Assembly (NCBI GenBank): GCA_002722215.1
Contig: PBKX01000004.1
Coordinates: 35,482-99,481 of the forward strand
Length of the DNA stretch: 64,000 bases
Direction of reading: 5' to 3'
From: Flavobacteriales bacterium
GTDB taxonomy: Bacteria; Bacteroidota; Bacteroidia; Flavobacteriales; TMED113
In this document: piece by piece, positions 29,746-42,039 of the stretch
Layout of the letters: each line of letters begins with the position of its first letter
Numbering within the stretch: the first letter of the stretch is position 1
The notes under the pieces: generated by a model
Told to the model about the DNA's origin: nothing
The model's input: only the letters and a program-made list of their open reading frames with translations
Databases searched by the model: none
Position numbers and translations under genes: made by a program

Positions 29746-32316
29746 TTAAAAATTGATTATCATTTGATTGTCATCAGTCTTCACATCAATGATTTGATCA
29801 TCAATAATATCATTTTTTTCTTCCTTAATAGTAGAGATACTCTTAATAGAATATCTAGATAACTGATTCCCTAAGGCTGTAATTCCTTTTACAGAAATTA
29901 ATTCTGAGGGGTTAAGAATAAGATCTGGTCTCTGTTCCTTATTTCTAGCTTTGGTAAATGTTAAATTAATCTTAAAATTGTCATCTGAAGATACTAACTC
30001 TAAATAACTGTCCTTACCTCCGTGTAGGATATTAGTTTTTTTCAATTTTAAAGATGGAATAAATCGTTTGATATAAAATATTTTCTTGTCAGAGTGAAAA
30101 TAAATTGAAGTAATAGTTTTTTGAGGTGAATATTTTTCTAAAAAGATCATATCCTCAGGGAAATGATTGGAAAGATCATAAGAGAGTAGTTCAAGATAAC
30201 CAGAGCTACAAATCATTAGAATTTTATCATCACCTGAAAATTCTCCTAAATAATTCCCCCTATTTTCGTCGTTTAATCTAAAAATAGATTTATCAAACCA
30301 TATCTTTTTGCCAGATAAAGTAGAAACTCCCTCTGATTTCAGTTCCACTCTATTAATAGAATGACTAGTCACAAGATTCCCCTTAACCATTCTATTTTTA
30401 ATTAAGACATCTGCAAAATCGAACTCTAGTCTCATTTTTTTTAATTTAGCTTTAGCTCTTAAAATAATAGAGACTATCTCAGCCTCTCCGTTAGTATTGG
30501 CACTAAAATATAAAATTGAACATTTCGTAGAATTCACAAGTAAATATTCACGATCTCTAGTTACCCCTTTAACAGGAAATCTTTTAATATATGATTTATT
30601 AGTAATTTGATCTCTATAAATCATATTATAGATAGTTCTATCATCATTTTTCTTAAATACAGCTACATGTATAATATCCTTACCAACAAAAGTTTTGTTC
30701 TTCACTTTTGTAACAAGCATAGTACCATTTCGCTTAAACACAATAACATCATCTATATCAGAACAGTCACAAATAAATTCATCTTTACGAAGTGTAGTTC
30801 CAATAAAACCATCTAATCTATTTACATATAATCTCTTATTAGCAATAGCTACCTTAGAAGCAACAATTTTATCAAAAATTTTAATTTCAGTTTTTCGTTT
30901 TCGACCTAAACTATGATCGGTTTTTATCTTTTTAAAATAATTAACAGCATACTCAATTAAGTGTTTAATATTATTTTTTGTTTCCTTAATTGCTTCTTCA
31001 ATCTTGACAATTTTCTCTTTTTCTTTTTCTAAATCATAACGTGTAATTTTTTTGATTTTTATTTCTGTCAACTGAATAATATCTTCATGTTTGATAGGTC
31101 TAATTAAATCTTTTTCATAAGGCAATAAAGATTCATAAATAACATCTAAAACCTTTTCCCATAGTGCTATTTCTTCAATTTTACGATAAATTCTTTCTTC
31201 AATAAAGATTTGTTCTAATGTTAACGTTTGCCATTTTTCTTCTAGTTCTTTTAATTTAATTTGAAGTTCTTTTTTTAATAATGTCTTTGTATTTTCAGTA
31301 CAAATTTTTAAAATTTCACTCACACCTAAAAAAACTGGCTTTTCATTAAAAATAACACATGAAAGAGGAGAAATAGAAATTTGACAATCAGTAAATGCAT
31401 ATAATGCATCTATTGTCTTATCAATAGATACACCCGCTGGTAAATAAACTAGAATTTCAACATTCTCAGCAGTATTATCTTCGATTTTTTTAATTTTAAT
31501 TTTTCCTTTTTCATTACTCTTCAGCATAGATTCAATTAGACTCGTAGTAGTTGTGCTAAATGGAATTTCAGTAATTTTTAAGGTATGATTATCAATAGAT
31601 TGTATTTTAGCTCTCAAAATAACTTTTCCTCCCCTTTTTCCATCATTGTAATCAGAAAAATCTGCTATACCTCCTGTGATAAAATCAGGGAGTATCTTTT
31701 TACTTCTTCCTCTTAGGATTGCAATAGATGCATCTATGAGTTCAATAAAATTATGAGGTAGTATTTTTGTCGATAACCCAACTGCGATACCATCTGCACC
31801 TTGATTTAAAAGAAGAGGAAATTTGATAGGCAAACTAATAGGCTCTTTAGATCTTCCATCATAAGAATCATCCCATTCTGTAACTTTAGGGCTAAAAACT
31901 ACATCCAAAGCAAATTGTGAAAGTCTAGCCTCGATATAACGTGGAGCGGCAGCTCTATCACCTGTAAATATATTTCCCCAATTACCTTGCATATCAATAA
32001 GTAATTCTTTTTGGCCAATCTTTACAAGAGCATCACCTATAGACGCATCTCCATGAGGATGATATTTCATAGTGTTCCCAATAATGTTGGCAACCTTATT
32101 ATATCTGCCATCATGCATTTCTTTTAAAGAATGTAATATCCTTCTCTGAACAGGCTTAAGACCATCAAGAATAAAAGGTACTGATCTTTCTAAAATAACA
32201 TAAGACGCATAATCTAGAAACCAATCTTGATACATTTCAGAGATTGGAACCAATCTTTTAAGTTCTTCATTGTCATTTGAAAAATTTACTATATTTTCAT
32301 TTTCTTCACTCATCAA
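29746..32316 (-). CDS. parC: DNA topoisomerase IV subunit A (GyrA/ParC family)
   Basis: [19 protein letters not shown] and the active-site Tyr context [11 protein letters not shown]. It overlaps the upstream parE-like gene. The parC-versus-gyrA call rests on size and pairing. Confidence 0.85.
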   Translation of the reverse strand: MMSEENENIVNFSNDNEELKRLVPISEMYQDWFLDYASYVILERSVPFILDGLKPVQRRILHSLKEMHDGRYNKVANIIGNTMKYHPHGDASIGDALVKIGQKELLIDMQGNWGNIFTGDRAAAPRYIEARLSQFALDVVFSPKVTEWDDSYDGRSKEPISLPIKFPLLLNQGADGIAVGLSTKILPHNFIELIDASIAILRGRSKKILPDFITGGIADFSDYNDGKRGGKVILRAKIQSIDNHTLKITEIPFSTTTTSLIESMLKSNEKGKIKIKKIEDNTAENVEILVYLPAGVSIDKTIDALYAFTDCQISISPLSCVIFNEKPVFLGVSEILKICTENTKTLLKKELQIKLKELEEKWQTLTLEQIFIEERIYRKIEEIALWEKVLDVIYESLLPYEKDLIRPIKHEDIIQLTEIKIKKITRYDLEKEKEKIVKIEEAIKETKNNIKHLIEYAVNYFKKIKTDHSLGRKRKTEIKIFDKIVASKVAIANKRLYVNRLDGFIGTTLRKDEFICDCSDIDDVIVFKRNGTMLVTKVKNKTFVGKDIIHVAVFKKNDDRTIYNMIYRDQITNKSYIKRFPVKGVTRDREYLLVNSTKCSILYFSANTNGEAEIVSIILRAKAKLKKMRLEFDFADVLIKNRMVKGNLVTSHSINRVELKSEGVSTLSGKKIWFDKSIFRLNDENRGNYLGEFSGDDKILMICSSGYLELLSYDLSNHFPEDMIFLEKYSPQKTITSIYFHSDKKIFYIKRFIPSLKLKKTNILHGGKDSYLELVSSDDNFKINLTFTKARNKEQRPDLILNPSELISVKGITALGNQLSRYSIKSISTIKEEKNDIIDDQIIDVKTDDNQMIINF

Positions 32317-34165
32317 TATTATCTGTTTCTAATTGTTCTTCTATTTTTAGATTATTAATAATAAATTGTTGTCTTTGAGGGGTGTTTTTTCCCATATAAA
32401 ATTTTAATAAATCATCTATTGTCGTATCACCTTTTAAGATTACCGGATCTAAACGTATATTAGGGCCTATAAATTCTTTGAATTCTGATGGAGAAATCTC
32501 TCCCAAACCCTTAAATCTTGTAATTTCCAACTTACCTGATAACTCATTCTCGGCATTTTTCTTTTCATTGATATCATAACAATAAATTGTTCTTTGTTTA
32601 TTTCTAACTCGAAACAATGGTGTATCTAAAATATATAAATGATTTTCTTTTACTAAATCTGGAAAAAATTGAAGAAAAAATGTTATCAATAATAATCTAA
32701 TATGCATCCCATCTACATCTGCATCTGTAGCTATTATAATATTGTTATATCTTAAATTATCTAATCCGTCTTCAATATTTAAAGCACTTTGCAACAAGTT
32801 AAATTCCTCATTTTCATAAACAATTCGTTTTGTTAAACCATATGAATTTAAAGGTTTACCTTTCAAACTAAAAACAGCTTGAGTTTGAACATCTCTTGAT
32901 TTCGTAATTGAACCACTCGCAGAATCTCCCTCAGTAATAAAAATAGAAGTTTCTAATCGCCGATCTTGTTTTAGATTATTATAGTGAATTTTACAATCCC
33001 GTAATTTTTTATTATGTAAGTTTGCTTTTTTCGCGCGCTCTCTACTTATTTTTTTAATACCAGCTAACTCTTTCCTTTCTTTCTCTGATTGTTGAATTTT
33101 TTGATGAAGTAAATTAGAAAGTTCTAGATTTTTATGTAAGAAATTATCCAAACTTGTTTTTACAAAATCATTAACATACGTTCTAATCGTAGGTAATCCT
33201 CCACCCATATCTGAAGAACCAAGTTTGGTTTTAGTTTGTGATTCAAATACTGGCTCCATGACTTTTAAACTAATAGAGGCTATAATCGATTGTCTAATAT
33301 CAGAAGCATCATAATTTTTTTTATAAAATTCTCTAACAGTCTTAACAATACTTTCCCGTAAAGCCGACTGATGGGTACCCCCTTGTGTTGTATGTTGGCC
33401 ATTAACAAATGAAAAATAAGTTTCGCCATATTTTTGAGTAGAATGACTAAATGCAATCTCAATATCAGCTCCTTTTAAATGAACAATTGGATAAGACAAT
33501 TTACAGTCAATGTTTGACTGTAATAAATCATAAAGACCATTTTCCGAAAAATATTTTTGACCATTATAAACAATAGATAAACCTGGGTTTAAATAAACAT
33601 AATTCCAAATCATATTTACTATATAATCCTCCAGAAATCGATACTTCCCAAATATATTGCTATCAGGTATAAATGAGACCTTTGTTCCATTTCTTTGAGA
33701 GGTGTCAACTATATCATCTTCTTGTGTAATTACCCCTCTTTCAAATTCAATATTTTTAACTTTTCTATCCCTATGACTTTGGATTTTAAAATACTCTGAT
33801 AAAGCATTAACTGCTTTTGTTCCAACACCATTCAACCCCACTGCTTTTTTAAAGGCTTTTGTATCATACTTACCCCCTGTATTAATCTTAGAAACACAAT
33901 CAACAACCTTGCCTAAAGGGATACCTCTTCCATAATCACGAACAATGACCTTTTGGCCTCTAACACTAATTTCAATCGTCTTACCAAAACCCATGACAAA
34001 CTCATCCATCGAATTATCAAGAACTTCCTTTAATAATACATATATACCATCATCATGAGAACTGCCATCTCCAAGTTTACCAATATACATTCCTGGACGC
34101 ATTCTAATATGCTCTTTCCAGTCCAAGGATTTAATACTAGCTTCAGTATATTGATGTTTGACCAT
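32306..34165 (-). CDS. parE: DNA topoisomerase IV subunit B (GyrB/ParE family)
   Basis: GHKL ATPase ([17 protein letters not shown]), Toprim EGDSASG, and [17 protein letters not shown]. The 619-aa size fits ParE rather than GyrB. Confidence 0.9.
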   Translation of the reverse strand: MVKHQYTEASIKSLDWKEHIRMRPGMYIGKLGDGSSHDDGIYVLLKEVLDNSMDEFVMGFGKTIEISVRGQKVIVRDYGRGIPLGKVVDCVSKINTGGKYDTKAFKKAVGLNGVGTKAVNALSEYFKIQSHRDRKVKNIEFERGVITQEDDIVDTSQRNGTKVSFIPDSNIFGKYRFLEDYIVNMIWNYVYLNPGLSIVYNGQKYFSENGLYDLLQSNIDCKLSYPIVHLKGADIEIAFSHSTQKYGETYFSFVNGQHTTQGGTHQSALRESIVKTVREFYKKNYDASDIRQSIIASISLKVMEPVFESQTKTKLGSSDMGGGLPTIRTYVNDFVKTSLDNFLHKNLELSNLLHQKIQQSEKERKELAGIKKISRERAKKANLHNKKLRDCKIHYNNLKQDRRLETSIFITEGDSASGSITKSRDVQTQAVFSLKGKPLNSYGLTKRIVYENEEFNLLQSALNIEDGLDNLRYNNIIIATDADVDGMHIRLLLITFFLQFFPDLVKENHLYILDTPLFRVRNKQRTIYCYDINEKKNAENELSGKLEITRFKGLGEISPSEFKEFIGPNIRLDPVILKGDTTIDDLLKFYMGKNTPQRQQFIINNLKIEEQLETDNIDE

Positions 34166-34300
34166 AAAAAAATTAACTATGTGTAATAGATTTAAAGATT
34201 AAATCTACAAAAGATTAAAAATTAAGTGACAATAGAAAATATAAAACTTATTAACAATGAATTTTTGAAGTATTTGTATACAAATCATATAACAAAATCA

Positions 34301-35383
34301 TTAGACATTAAATCTAAAATGAATTACATCTCCATCACGTACTTCATAATTTTTACCTTCAATAGATATTTTACCCGCCTCTCTACAAGCTTGTTCAGTT
34401 TTAAATTGCATTCTATCATCAAAGGCAATAACCTCCGCTCTTATAAATCCTTTTTCAAAATCTGTGTGAATAACCCCAGCAGCCTGTGGAGCCAATGCCC
34501 CTTTTTTGATTGTCCAGGCTCTAACTTCTTTTTCACCTGCTGTAAAAAAAGTATGTAAACCTAATAAGGCATAAGCTGAATTAATGATTTTATTTACACC
34601 AGGCTCTTCTAAACCAATTTCTTTTAGAAATTCTTGTCTATCTAAGACCGATTCTAATTCATTAATTTCTGCTTCAATAGCGGCAGAAATAATTAACAAT
34701 TTTCCTTTTTCCTCTTCGATAGCTTTTTTGAGCATATCGGTATATTTATTGCCATTAATAGAATTTTCGTCAACATTACAAACATATAAAACTGGCTTGT
34801 TTGTGAGTAAATTTAAATTTAATATACAATCATCTCCATCAAGATGTAAACTTCTAGCCGAATTACCAGATCTAATATGATTATAATAACCATCAATAAT
34901 TTCTAATTCTCTTAATGCCTTTTTATCACCAGTATTCACCAACCTTTTTAAACTATCCTTCTTTTTTTCAAGAGTTTCTAAGTCCTTTAATTGTAATTCC
35001 ATATCCACTGTTTCTTTATCTTTAACTGGGTCAACTATACCATCAACATGTGTTACATTAGCATCTTCAAAACACCTTAAAACATGAATAATCGCATTGG
35101 TTTCTCTTATGTTAGCCAAAAACTTATTACCTAACCCCTCCCCTTTACTGGCACCTTTTACAAGTCCAGCAATATCTAAAATTTCCACTATTGCAGCTTG
35201 TACATTTTTTGGATTAATCATGCTTGACAGTTGTTCAAGTCTTTTATCAGGTACAGGAATAATGCCAACATTTGGTTCAATGGTAGCAAATGGATAATTA
35301 GCAGCTAATGCCTTAGCGTTTGACAAACAATTAAACAATGTTGATTTACCAACATTTGGAAGACCTACAATACCACATTTCAT
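34301..35383 (-). CDS. ychF: redox-regulated ATPase YchF
   Basis: P-loop GIVGLPNVGKSTLFN, a central coiled-coil insert and a C-terminal TGS-like domain. Confidence 0.9.
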   Translation of the reverse strand: MKCGIVGLPNVGKSTLFNCLSNAKALAANYPFATIEPNVGIIPVPDKRLEQLSSMINPKNVQAAIVEILDIAGLVKGASKGEGLGNKFLANIRETNAIIHVLRCFEDANVTHVDGIVDPVKDKETVDMELQLKDLETLEKKKDSLKRLVNTGDKKALRELEIIDGYYNHIRSGNSARSLHLDGDDCILNLNLLTNKPVLYVCNVDENSINGNKYTDMLKKAIEEEKGKLLIISAAIEAEINELESVLDRQEFLKEIGLEEPGVNKIINSAYALLGLHTFFTAGEKEVRAWTIKKGALAPQAAGVIHTDFEKGFIRAEVIAFDDRMQFKTEQACREAGKISIEGKNYEVRDGDVIHFRFNV

Positions 35384-35387
35384 AATT

Positions 35388-36665
35388 TTAATATTTAAAA
35401 ATTGGGAACTTTTTCATTGTTTCATTAACCTTTTTAGACAAAGAATTAAAGGATTTTTTATTACGAAATAAAAAAATTGATTCATCTATATACTTCGTAA
35501 TTAAATCAATATCTTCCTCAATTAAACCCCGAGTTGTAATTGCTGGAGTTCCTATTCTTATCCCAGAAGTTATAAAAGGTGATTTGTCATCAAATGGCAC
35601 CATATTTTTATTTACAGTAATATGTGCCTGTCCTAATGCAAATTCTGCGTCCTTACCTGTAATTTCTTTTGATCTTAGATCAATTAACAATGAGTGATTA
35701 TCTGTACCACCAGAAACAATATCATAACCTAAATCTAACAAGTTATTTGCTAAATGATTTGCATTTTTTTTCACCTGCATCATATATTCAAAAAAATGAT
35801 CTTGCATAGCTTCTCTAAACGCAACAGCCTTGGCTGCAATAATATGTTCCAGTGGGCCTCCTTGTGAACCAGGGAAAACTGCAGAGTTTAAAATTGTAGA
35901 CATCATTTTTTTATCCCCTTTTTTATTTTTATAACCAAAGGGGTTTTCATAGTCTTTTCCCATCATAATCACACCCCCCCGAGGTCCACGTAATGTTTTA
36001 TGGGTAGTTGATGTGATAATATGACAAAAATGAAGAGGGTCTTTTAATAATCCTTTAGCAATTAATCCAGCTGGATGGGATATATCCGCTAATAAAGTGG
36101 CTCCAATTTCATCAGCAACATTTCTAAAAAACTCATAATCCCAATCTCTAGAATATGCTGAGGCACCACAAATAATCATCTTGGGCTTTTCTTTCAATGC
36201 TGTTAATCGCATAGCATTATAATCTATAGTTCCTGTATCTTTTGAGACTCCATAAAAAGATGTTTGATACAATTGACCTGAAAAATTTACAGGTGATCCA
36301 TGTGTCAAATGTCCACCATGAGACAAATCAAAACCTAAAATTTTATCTCCAGGATTTAAACAAGCTAAATAGACTGAAGCATTCGCCTGTGAACCTGAAT
36401 GAGGCTGAACATTAACATATTCAGCATTAAATAATAATTGAAGCCTTTGAATAGCAAGTGTTTCAATTTCATCTATAATTTCACACCCGCCATAATATCT
36501 TTTATTGGGATACCCTTCTGCATATTTGTTTGTTAGAATAGATCCAGCAGCACTCAAAACACTATCACTAACATAATTTTCAGAAGCAATTAATTCAACA
36601 CCCACAATTTGTCTTTTTTCTTCTTTCTGGATTAATTTAAAAACATCTTTATCTAAGTTTTTCAT
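35388..36665 (-). CDS. glyA: serine hydroxymethyltransferase
   Basis: SHGGHLTHG and the PLP-lysine block [14 protein letters not shown]. Confidence 0.95.
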   Translation of the reverse strand: MKNLDKDVFKLIQKEEKRQIVGVELIASENYVSDSVLSAAGSILTNKYAEGYPNKRYYGGCEIIDEIETLAIQRLQLLFNAEYVNVQPHSGSQANASVYLACLNPGDKILGFDLSHGGHLTHGSPVNFSGQLYQTSFYGVSKDTGTIDYNAMRLTALKEKPKMIICGASAYSRDWDYEFFRNVADEIGATLLADISHPAGLIAKGLLKDPLHFCHIITSTTHKTLRGPRGGVIMMGKDYENPFGYKNKKGDKKMMSTILNSAVFPGSQGGPLEHIIAAKAVAFREAMQDHFFEYMMQVKKNANHLANNLLDLGYDIVSGGTDNHSLLIDLRSKEITGKDAEFALGQAHITVNKNMVPFDDKSPFITSGIRIGTPAITTRGLIEEDIDLITKYIDESIFLFRNKKSFNSLSKKVNETMKKFPIFKY

Positions 36666-36726
36666 AATTTATATTATTCAAATAAAAAATTAAATATATT
36701 TATTTTTTAAATAAAAGAAACACATA

Positions 36727-37992
36727 ATGATAAAAGCAAATGATATAACAAGAAAATCTTGGATTAATTATGATAAGAATTCCGATTTTCCAATACAAAA
36801 TATACCGTTTGGTGTATTTAAAACAAAAGAAGAAAAAGTCCATATTGGAACAATTATTGGGGAAACAGTAATTAGTTTATCTAAACTAGAAGAGTTAGGA
36901 TATTTTAAAAGTACTGATTTAAAACATAATGTATTCCAACATAACAACCTGAATTTATTTCTTAAACAGGGTAAGAAGATATGGCGCCAAGTACGTGATA
37001 GTCTTGCTATATTGTTTGATGCGAATAATCAAGAATTACAAAAAAACAAAGAACATCAAAAAATCATTTTATATCGAATCAAAGATGTGATAAATATTAA
37101 ACCGGTTGAAATTGGAGATTATACTGACTTTTATTCAAGTAAAGATCATGCAATGAATGTTGGAAAAATGTTTAGGGATCCTGACAATGCATTATTACCC
37201 AACTGGCTACACCTACCAGTGGGCTATCATGGTCGTTCTTCATCAATCGTGATCTCAGGCGTTGATATTCAAAGGCCATCTGGCCAAATATTACCAAAAG
37301 GAGAAAAAATACCAATATTTTCTAAATCAAAACTACTAGATTTTGAAGTGGAAATGGGGTTTATTACGGGAGATGGAAAAGATCTAGGACAATCTATATC
37401 AACAAATGAAGCGGAAGACTATATTTTTGGGCTATGCTTATTTAATGATTGGTCTGCTAGAGATATACAAAAATTTGAATATGTCCCATTAGGCCCATTT
37501 TTAGGTAAAAGTTTTGCATCTAGCATATCCCCCTGGATTATTACACTTGATGCATTAGAGCACTTTAGAATAAAAGGGGAAAAACAAATACCAGAAGTTA
37601 CTGAATACTTAAAATATGAAGGGAAAAAAAATTATGATATTAATTTAGAAGTAATTCTTAAAACAGAGCAAGGAAATAGCACAAAAATATCTGAATCTAA
37701 CTTTAAATATATGTATTGGAATATGTGTCAACAATTAGCACACCATACAATTAATGGATGTAATATAAAAGCAGGAGATTTGATGGCGTCTGGCACAATT
37801 TCTGGCCCAACTAAAAAGGAATATGGGTCAATGTTAGAATTATCTTGGGGTGGCACAAAAGAACTAAAATTAAAAAATGGTGAAATACGAAAATTTTTAT
37901 TAGACAACGACACTGTTATCATAAGAGGATTTTGTGTAGATAAAAATATAAGAATTGGGTTTGGAGAAGTTGCAAATACCATCAAGGGATAA
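36727..37992 (+). CDS. fahA: fumarylacetoacetase
   Basis: 421 aa with an N-terminal FAA-hydrolase N domain and a C-terminal FAH fold (FGLCLFNDWSARDIQKFEYVPLGPFLGKSF). Confidence 0.85.
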   Translation: MIKANDITRKSWINYDKNSDFPIQNIPFGVFKTKEEKVHIGTIIGETVISLSKLEELGYFKSTDLKHNVFQHNNLNLFLKQGKKIWRQVRDSLAILFDANNQELQKNKEHQKIILYRIKDVINIKPVEIGDYTDFYSSKDHAMNVGKMFRDPDNALLPNWLHLPVGYHGRSSSIVISGVDIQRPSGQILPKGEKIPIFSKSKLLDFEVEMGFITGDGKDLGQSISTNEAEDYIFGLCLFNDWSARDIQKFEYVPLGPFLGKSFASSISPWIITLDALEHFRIKGEKQIPEVTEYLKYEGKKNYDINLEVILKTEQGNSTKISESNFKYMYWNMCQQLAHHTINGCNIKAGDLMASGTISGPTKKEYGSMLELSWGGTKELKLKNGEIRKFLLDNDTVIIRGFCVDKNIRIGFGEVANTIKG

Positions 37993-38065
37993 AGAAACAG
38001 TATTACACTAGGTAATTAGATTATTTATTATTTTTAGATATCCTCAGTAAAATTTTAATAAAAAA

Positions 38066-40279
38066 ATGGCTAAAATCAATAATGAAAAAGTAGAGGCAAA
38101 AGTGATTGTTAATGAGTACAGATCTCTTATTAGAACAATTAGCAATAAAGCCACGACAGAAGAAAAAAAAAATATTAGAAAAGCATTTAATTTAGCCATC
38201 GATGCTCATAAAAATTCCAGAAGAAAATCAGGCAAATTATACGTTAGTCATCCCATATCAGTAGCAAAAATAGTGTCCACTAATATTGGACTGGGCGCTA
38301 CCTCTATTATTTGCAGTTTGCTTCATGATGTTGTTGAAGATACTGATATTACACTGCATAATATAGAAACAGAATTTGGACAAGAAGTTTCAATGATCAT
38401 CGATGGATTAACAAAAATATCTGGTGTTGTAGATGCCGATGTCTCACTACAAGCAGAAAATTTTCGAAAAATGATTTTAACAATATCGAATGATATTCGA
38501 GTGGTCTTAATAAAAATTGCTGATCGATTAGATAATATGCGAACCTTACAGTACTTAAACCAAAATAAGCAAGAACGAATCGCCTCAGAAACACTTTATC
38601 TATATGCACCTCTTGCTCATAGACTGGGACTATACTCAATCAAAACAGAGTTAGAGGATTTAAGTCTAAAATATACTGAGCCTGATATTTATTTTGACAT
38701 ATCTAAAAAATTAAATGAAACAAAGGATAATCGAGAAAAATATATTAGAAAATTTACCAAACCAATAAAAGAAAAATTAAAAAATGAGGGAATAAAATGC
38801 TCAATTAAAGGAAGACCTAAATCAATTTTTTCCATTAGAAAGAAAATGATTGAGAAAGAAGTCGATTTCGAAGAAGTCTTTGATAAATTTGCGATTCGAA
38901 TTATTATTGACTGTCCCCAAAAAAAAGAAAAAGAATTATGTTGGAAAGCATATTCAATTGTTACTGATTTCTACAAACCAAATCCAGATCGACTAAGAGA
39001 TTGGATATCCAATGTAAAATTAAATGGATATGAATCATTACACACAACTGTAATGGGAATGGACGGCTGTTGGGTGGAAGTGCAAATCAGGACTCAAAGG
39101 ATGGATGAAATTGCAGAGAAAGGATACGCTGCTCATTGGAGATATAAACAAAATAAACATATAAATAACAAAATACAAAGAAACCTAGATGACTGGATTA
39201 ATAGAATCAGAGACACATTAGAATATGACAAGAAAAATGCTATAGAATTTGTTGATGACTTCAAGCTAAATCTTTTTTCTGAAGAAATATTTGTATTTTC
39301 TCCAACTGGAGATTTAGTAACTCTGCCAAACGGAGCAACATCACTCGATTTTGCATTTCAAATACATACAGATTTAGGAAAATGTTGCTTAGGAACCAAA
39401 GTTAATGGAAAACTAGTACCACTAAGTCATAAGTTGAAAAGTGGAGATCAAATTGAAATAATAAGCTCTCGCAAACAAAAACCAAAAGAGGATTGGCTCG
39501 ATTTTGTAATTACAACAAAAGCTAGAAATAAAATTAAAAGCTCTCTAAAACAAGAGAGAAAAGAAATTGCAAAAGATGGGAAAGAAACCTTAATGAGAAA
39601 GTTAAAACACTTAAAAATCAGATTTTCAGAATCTGCTGTTAATGAATTACAAATATATTTCGAGTTAAATGATAGCTTAGAATTATTTTATCGAGTTGGT
39701 ATTGGTAAAATTACAAATGAACAATTAAAAGAATTTAAAGCAAATAGAGACAGTTGGTATGATTTTATTAAATCAAAATTTATCAAAAAAACAAAACAAA
39801 GTGCACCAATAATTAAAGAAGAAAAAAATAAATTATTAGTTTTTGGGGAAGAAGAAGAAATTTTAGATTATAAAATCGCCACATGTTGTCAACCTATTTC
39901 TGGAGATAAAGTATTTGGATTTCTTACAATTAAAGAGGGAATTAAGATACATGCTATAACATGTCCTAATGCAATAAGGTTAAGAACAAATTTTTCATAT
40001 AGGATTATAAATTGTAAATGGAAAAGTGCACAAAATATTGAATTTGATGCATTAATTGAAATAAAAGGCATAGATTCTGTTGGTTTAGTTAGTAAAATAA
40101 CAAATATTATATCTAGTCATATGAATGTGAACATGAAATTAGTTAATTTTAATACTGATGATGGATTATTCTATGGTAGAATTAATTTATCTATAAAAAA
40201 TAATACTCATTTACAAAAAGTAATGAAACAAATTCTTAAAATAGATGGAGTAGAACATGTTAATAGAATAAAGGAATAG
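38066..40279 (+). CDS. bifunctional (p)ppGpp synthetase/hydrolase RelA/SpoT
   Basis: HD hydrolase (HDVVEDT), synthetase block (RPKSIFSIRKKM...YKPNPDRLRDWIS...HTTV), a TGS domain and a C-terminal ACT-like domain. Confidence 0.9.
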   Translation: MAKINNEKVEAKVIVNEYRSLIRTISNKATTEEKKNIRKAFNLAIDAHKNSRRKSGKLYVSHPISVAKIVSTNIGLGATSIICSLLHDVVEDTDITLHNIETEFGQEVSMIIDGLTKISGVVDADVSLQAENFRKMILTISNDIRVVLIKIADRLDNMRTLQYLNQNKQERIASETLYLYAPLAHRLGLYSIKTELEDLSLKYTEPDIYFDISKKLNETKDNREKYIRKFTKPIKEKLKNEGIKCSIKGRPKSIFSIRKKMIEKEVDFEEVFDKFAIRIIIDCPQKKEKELCWKAYSIVTDFYKPNPDRLRDWISNVKLNGYESLHTTVMGMDGCWVEVQIRTQRMDEIAEKGYAAHWRYKQNKHINNKIQRNLDDWINRIRDTLEYDKKNAIEFVDDFKLNLFSEEIFVFSPTGDLVTLPNGATSLDFAFQIHTDLGKCCLGTKVNGKLVPLSHKLKSGDQIEIISSRKQKPKEDWLDFVITTKARNKIKSSLKQERKEIAKDGKETLMRKLKHLKIRFSESAVNELQIYFELNDSLELFYRVGIGKITNEQLKEFKANRDSWYDFIKSKFIKKTKQSAPIIKEEKNKLLVFGEEEEILDYKIATCCQPISGDKVFGFLTIKEGIKIHAITCPNAIRLRTNFSYRIINCKWKSAQNIEFDALIEIKGIDSVGLVSKITNIISSHMNVNMKLVNFNTDDGLFYGRINLSIKNNTHLQKVMKQILKIDGVEHVNRIKE

Positions 40280-40288
40280 AATTATACA

Positions 40289-40717
40289 ATGACCGCAAAA
40301 GAGCTATTAAATAAATACCTAATAGATAATAATCTAAGGCAAACACCGGAAAGATATATCATATTAAAATATATTTACAAAACACAATCACATTTTGATA
40401 TAGATTATCTATATAACTGTATAAATAAAAAAGAAAAGATTAGTAAAGCTACTATTTATAATAATCTAGAAATGTTAACAAAAGCAAAATTAATTAAAAA
40501 AAGTAGTTTTAATGATACTAGGATAGTGTATGAAAAAGCATTAAACAAAACACAACATGATCATCTAATATGCAATCAATGTGGAGATATTTTCGAATTT
40601 TGTGATCCTAGAATTAAAAATATTTTAGATGGAATAGAAAAAATCACTAATTTTCGAGTACAAAATCATTCATTGAATATATACGGTCAATGCAATAACC
40701 AAAAATGTAAAAAATGA
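40289..40717 (+). CDS. fur: Fur family transcriptional regulator
   Basis: 142 aa with a winged-helix N-terminus, HDHLICNQCG plus a C-terminal Cys pair. Confidence 0.8.
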   Translation: MTAKELLNKYLIDNNLRQTPERYIILKYIYKTQSHFDIDYLYNCINKKEKISKATIYNNLEMLTKAKLIKKSSFNDTRIVYEKALNKTQHDHLICNQCGDIFEFCDPRIKNILDGIEKITNFRVQNHSLNIYGQCNNQKCKK

Positions 40718-41976
40718 GTTTAGATGTTTTATTAGGTCTGCAATGGGGAGACGAAGGAAAAGGTAAGATTGTCGATTTTGTAAGTAAGAAATATGATATT
40801 ATCGCAAGATTTCAAGGAGGACCGAATGCTGGTCACACCATCATTTTTAATAATCAAAAACATATTTTACATACTATACCATCAGGAATTTTTAATGAGA
40901 AAGTAAAAAATGTTATTGGTAATGGGGTTGTTATTGACCCCGTAACACTATCAACTGAATTAAGTAAATTAGAAAAACTAGGCATAAATTATCAAAACCT
41001 ATTCATATCAAGAAAAGCGCACCTAATTATCCCAACACATAAACATTTAGATAGAGCGTCTGAGATTGCAAAAGGTGAGCAAAAAATTGGATCAACATTA
41101 AGAGGAATTGGCCCAACATACATGGATAAAACCGGTCGTAATGGCTTACGAATAGGTGATATTGAATTAACCGATTTTCATGAAAAATTTAAAAACCTCA
41201 CAAACAAACATAAAAATATCTTATCACAGTATAATTATCAAGAAAGATTTGAAGATGATATTGAATTATGGTTTAAAGCAATTGAAAAAATCAAACAAAT
41301 AAAATTTATAGATAGTGAATATTTTTTTGAAGATGCAATAGAACATAAACAACAAATTCTCGCCGAAGGAGCACAAGGAACACTATTAGATTTGGACTTC
41401 GGTACTTATCCATTTGTTACATCATCAAATACGATTTCTTCTGGTGCATGCAATGGGTTAGGTGTGTCACCAAATAAAATTAAAAATGTAGTCGGTGTTT
41501 TTAAAGCATATTGTACACGTGTAGGGAATGGCCCCTTTATCACAGAATTAAAAAATACACTTGGACAAAAGCTAGCAAAACAAGGACATGAATTTGGTTC
41601 TACAACTGGTAGAGCAAGAAGATGTGGATGGATTGATTTACCTGCATTAAAATATGCAATTAATATCAATGGTGTCACAGAATTAAGTATGATGAAAGCA
41701 GATGTTTTAAGTGGATTTGAAAAAATATCTGTTTGTACTGGATATAAATATAACGGTAAAATAATTCAACATCTACCATATGACTTAGATGATCAATCTA
41801 TTGAACCCATATATATTGAATTAGATGGTTGGGATGAAGATCTCTCTAAATTAACATCAATTAACACGTTACCAAAAGCATTTGAAAATTATATTCTTTT
41901 CTTAGAAAAAGAATTAAAAAAACCAATATCCATTATATCAGTTGGGCCAGATAGGAAGCAAACAATATTTAGGTAA
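40714..41976 (+). CDS. purA: adenylosuccinate synthase
   Basis: GLQWGDEGKGK, GPNAGHT and TTGRARRCGW motifs. Confidence 0.95.
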   Translation: MSLDVLLGLQWGDEGKGKIVDFVSKKYDIIARFQGGPNAGHTIIFNNQKHILHTIPSGIFNEKVKNVIGNGVVIDPVTLSTELSKLEKLGINYQNLFISRKAHLIIPTHKHLDRASEIAKGEQKIGSTLRGIGPTYMDKTGRNGLRIGDIELTDFHEKFKNLTNKHKNILSQYNYQERFEDDIELWFKAIEKIKQIKFIDSEYFFEDAIEHKQQILAEGAQGTLLDLDFGTYPFVTSSNTISSGACNGLGVSPNKIKNVVGVFKAYCTRVGNGPFITELKNTLGQKLAKQGHEFGSTTGRARRCGWIDLPALKYAININGVTELSMMKADVLSGFEKISVCTGYKYNGKIIQHLPYDLDDQSIEPIYIELDGWDEDLSKLTSINTLPKAFENYILFLEKELKKPISIISVGPDRKQTIFR

Positions 41977-42039
41977 TAAATCCGCAAGAATATCAAATCT
42001 CTATCTAAATATATCATACTATTATGTTTTTATCAGACC

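Noticed and set aside
34186-34204. Perfect 8-bp inverted repeat AGATTTAA-aga-TTAAATCT between ychF and parE
   Set aside because: It is an A/T-only stem with no T-tract. Such palindromes arise readily in AT-rich spacers, so it is not credible as a terminator or operator without conservation data.
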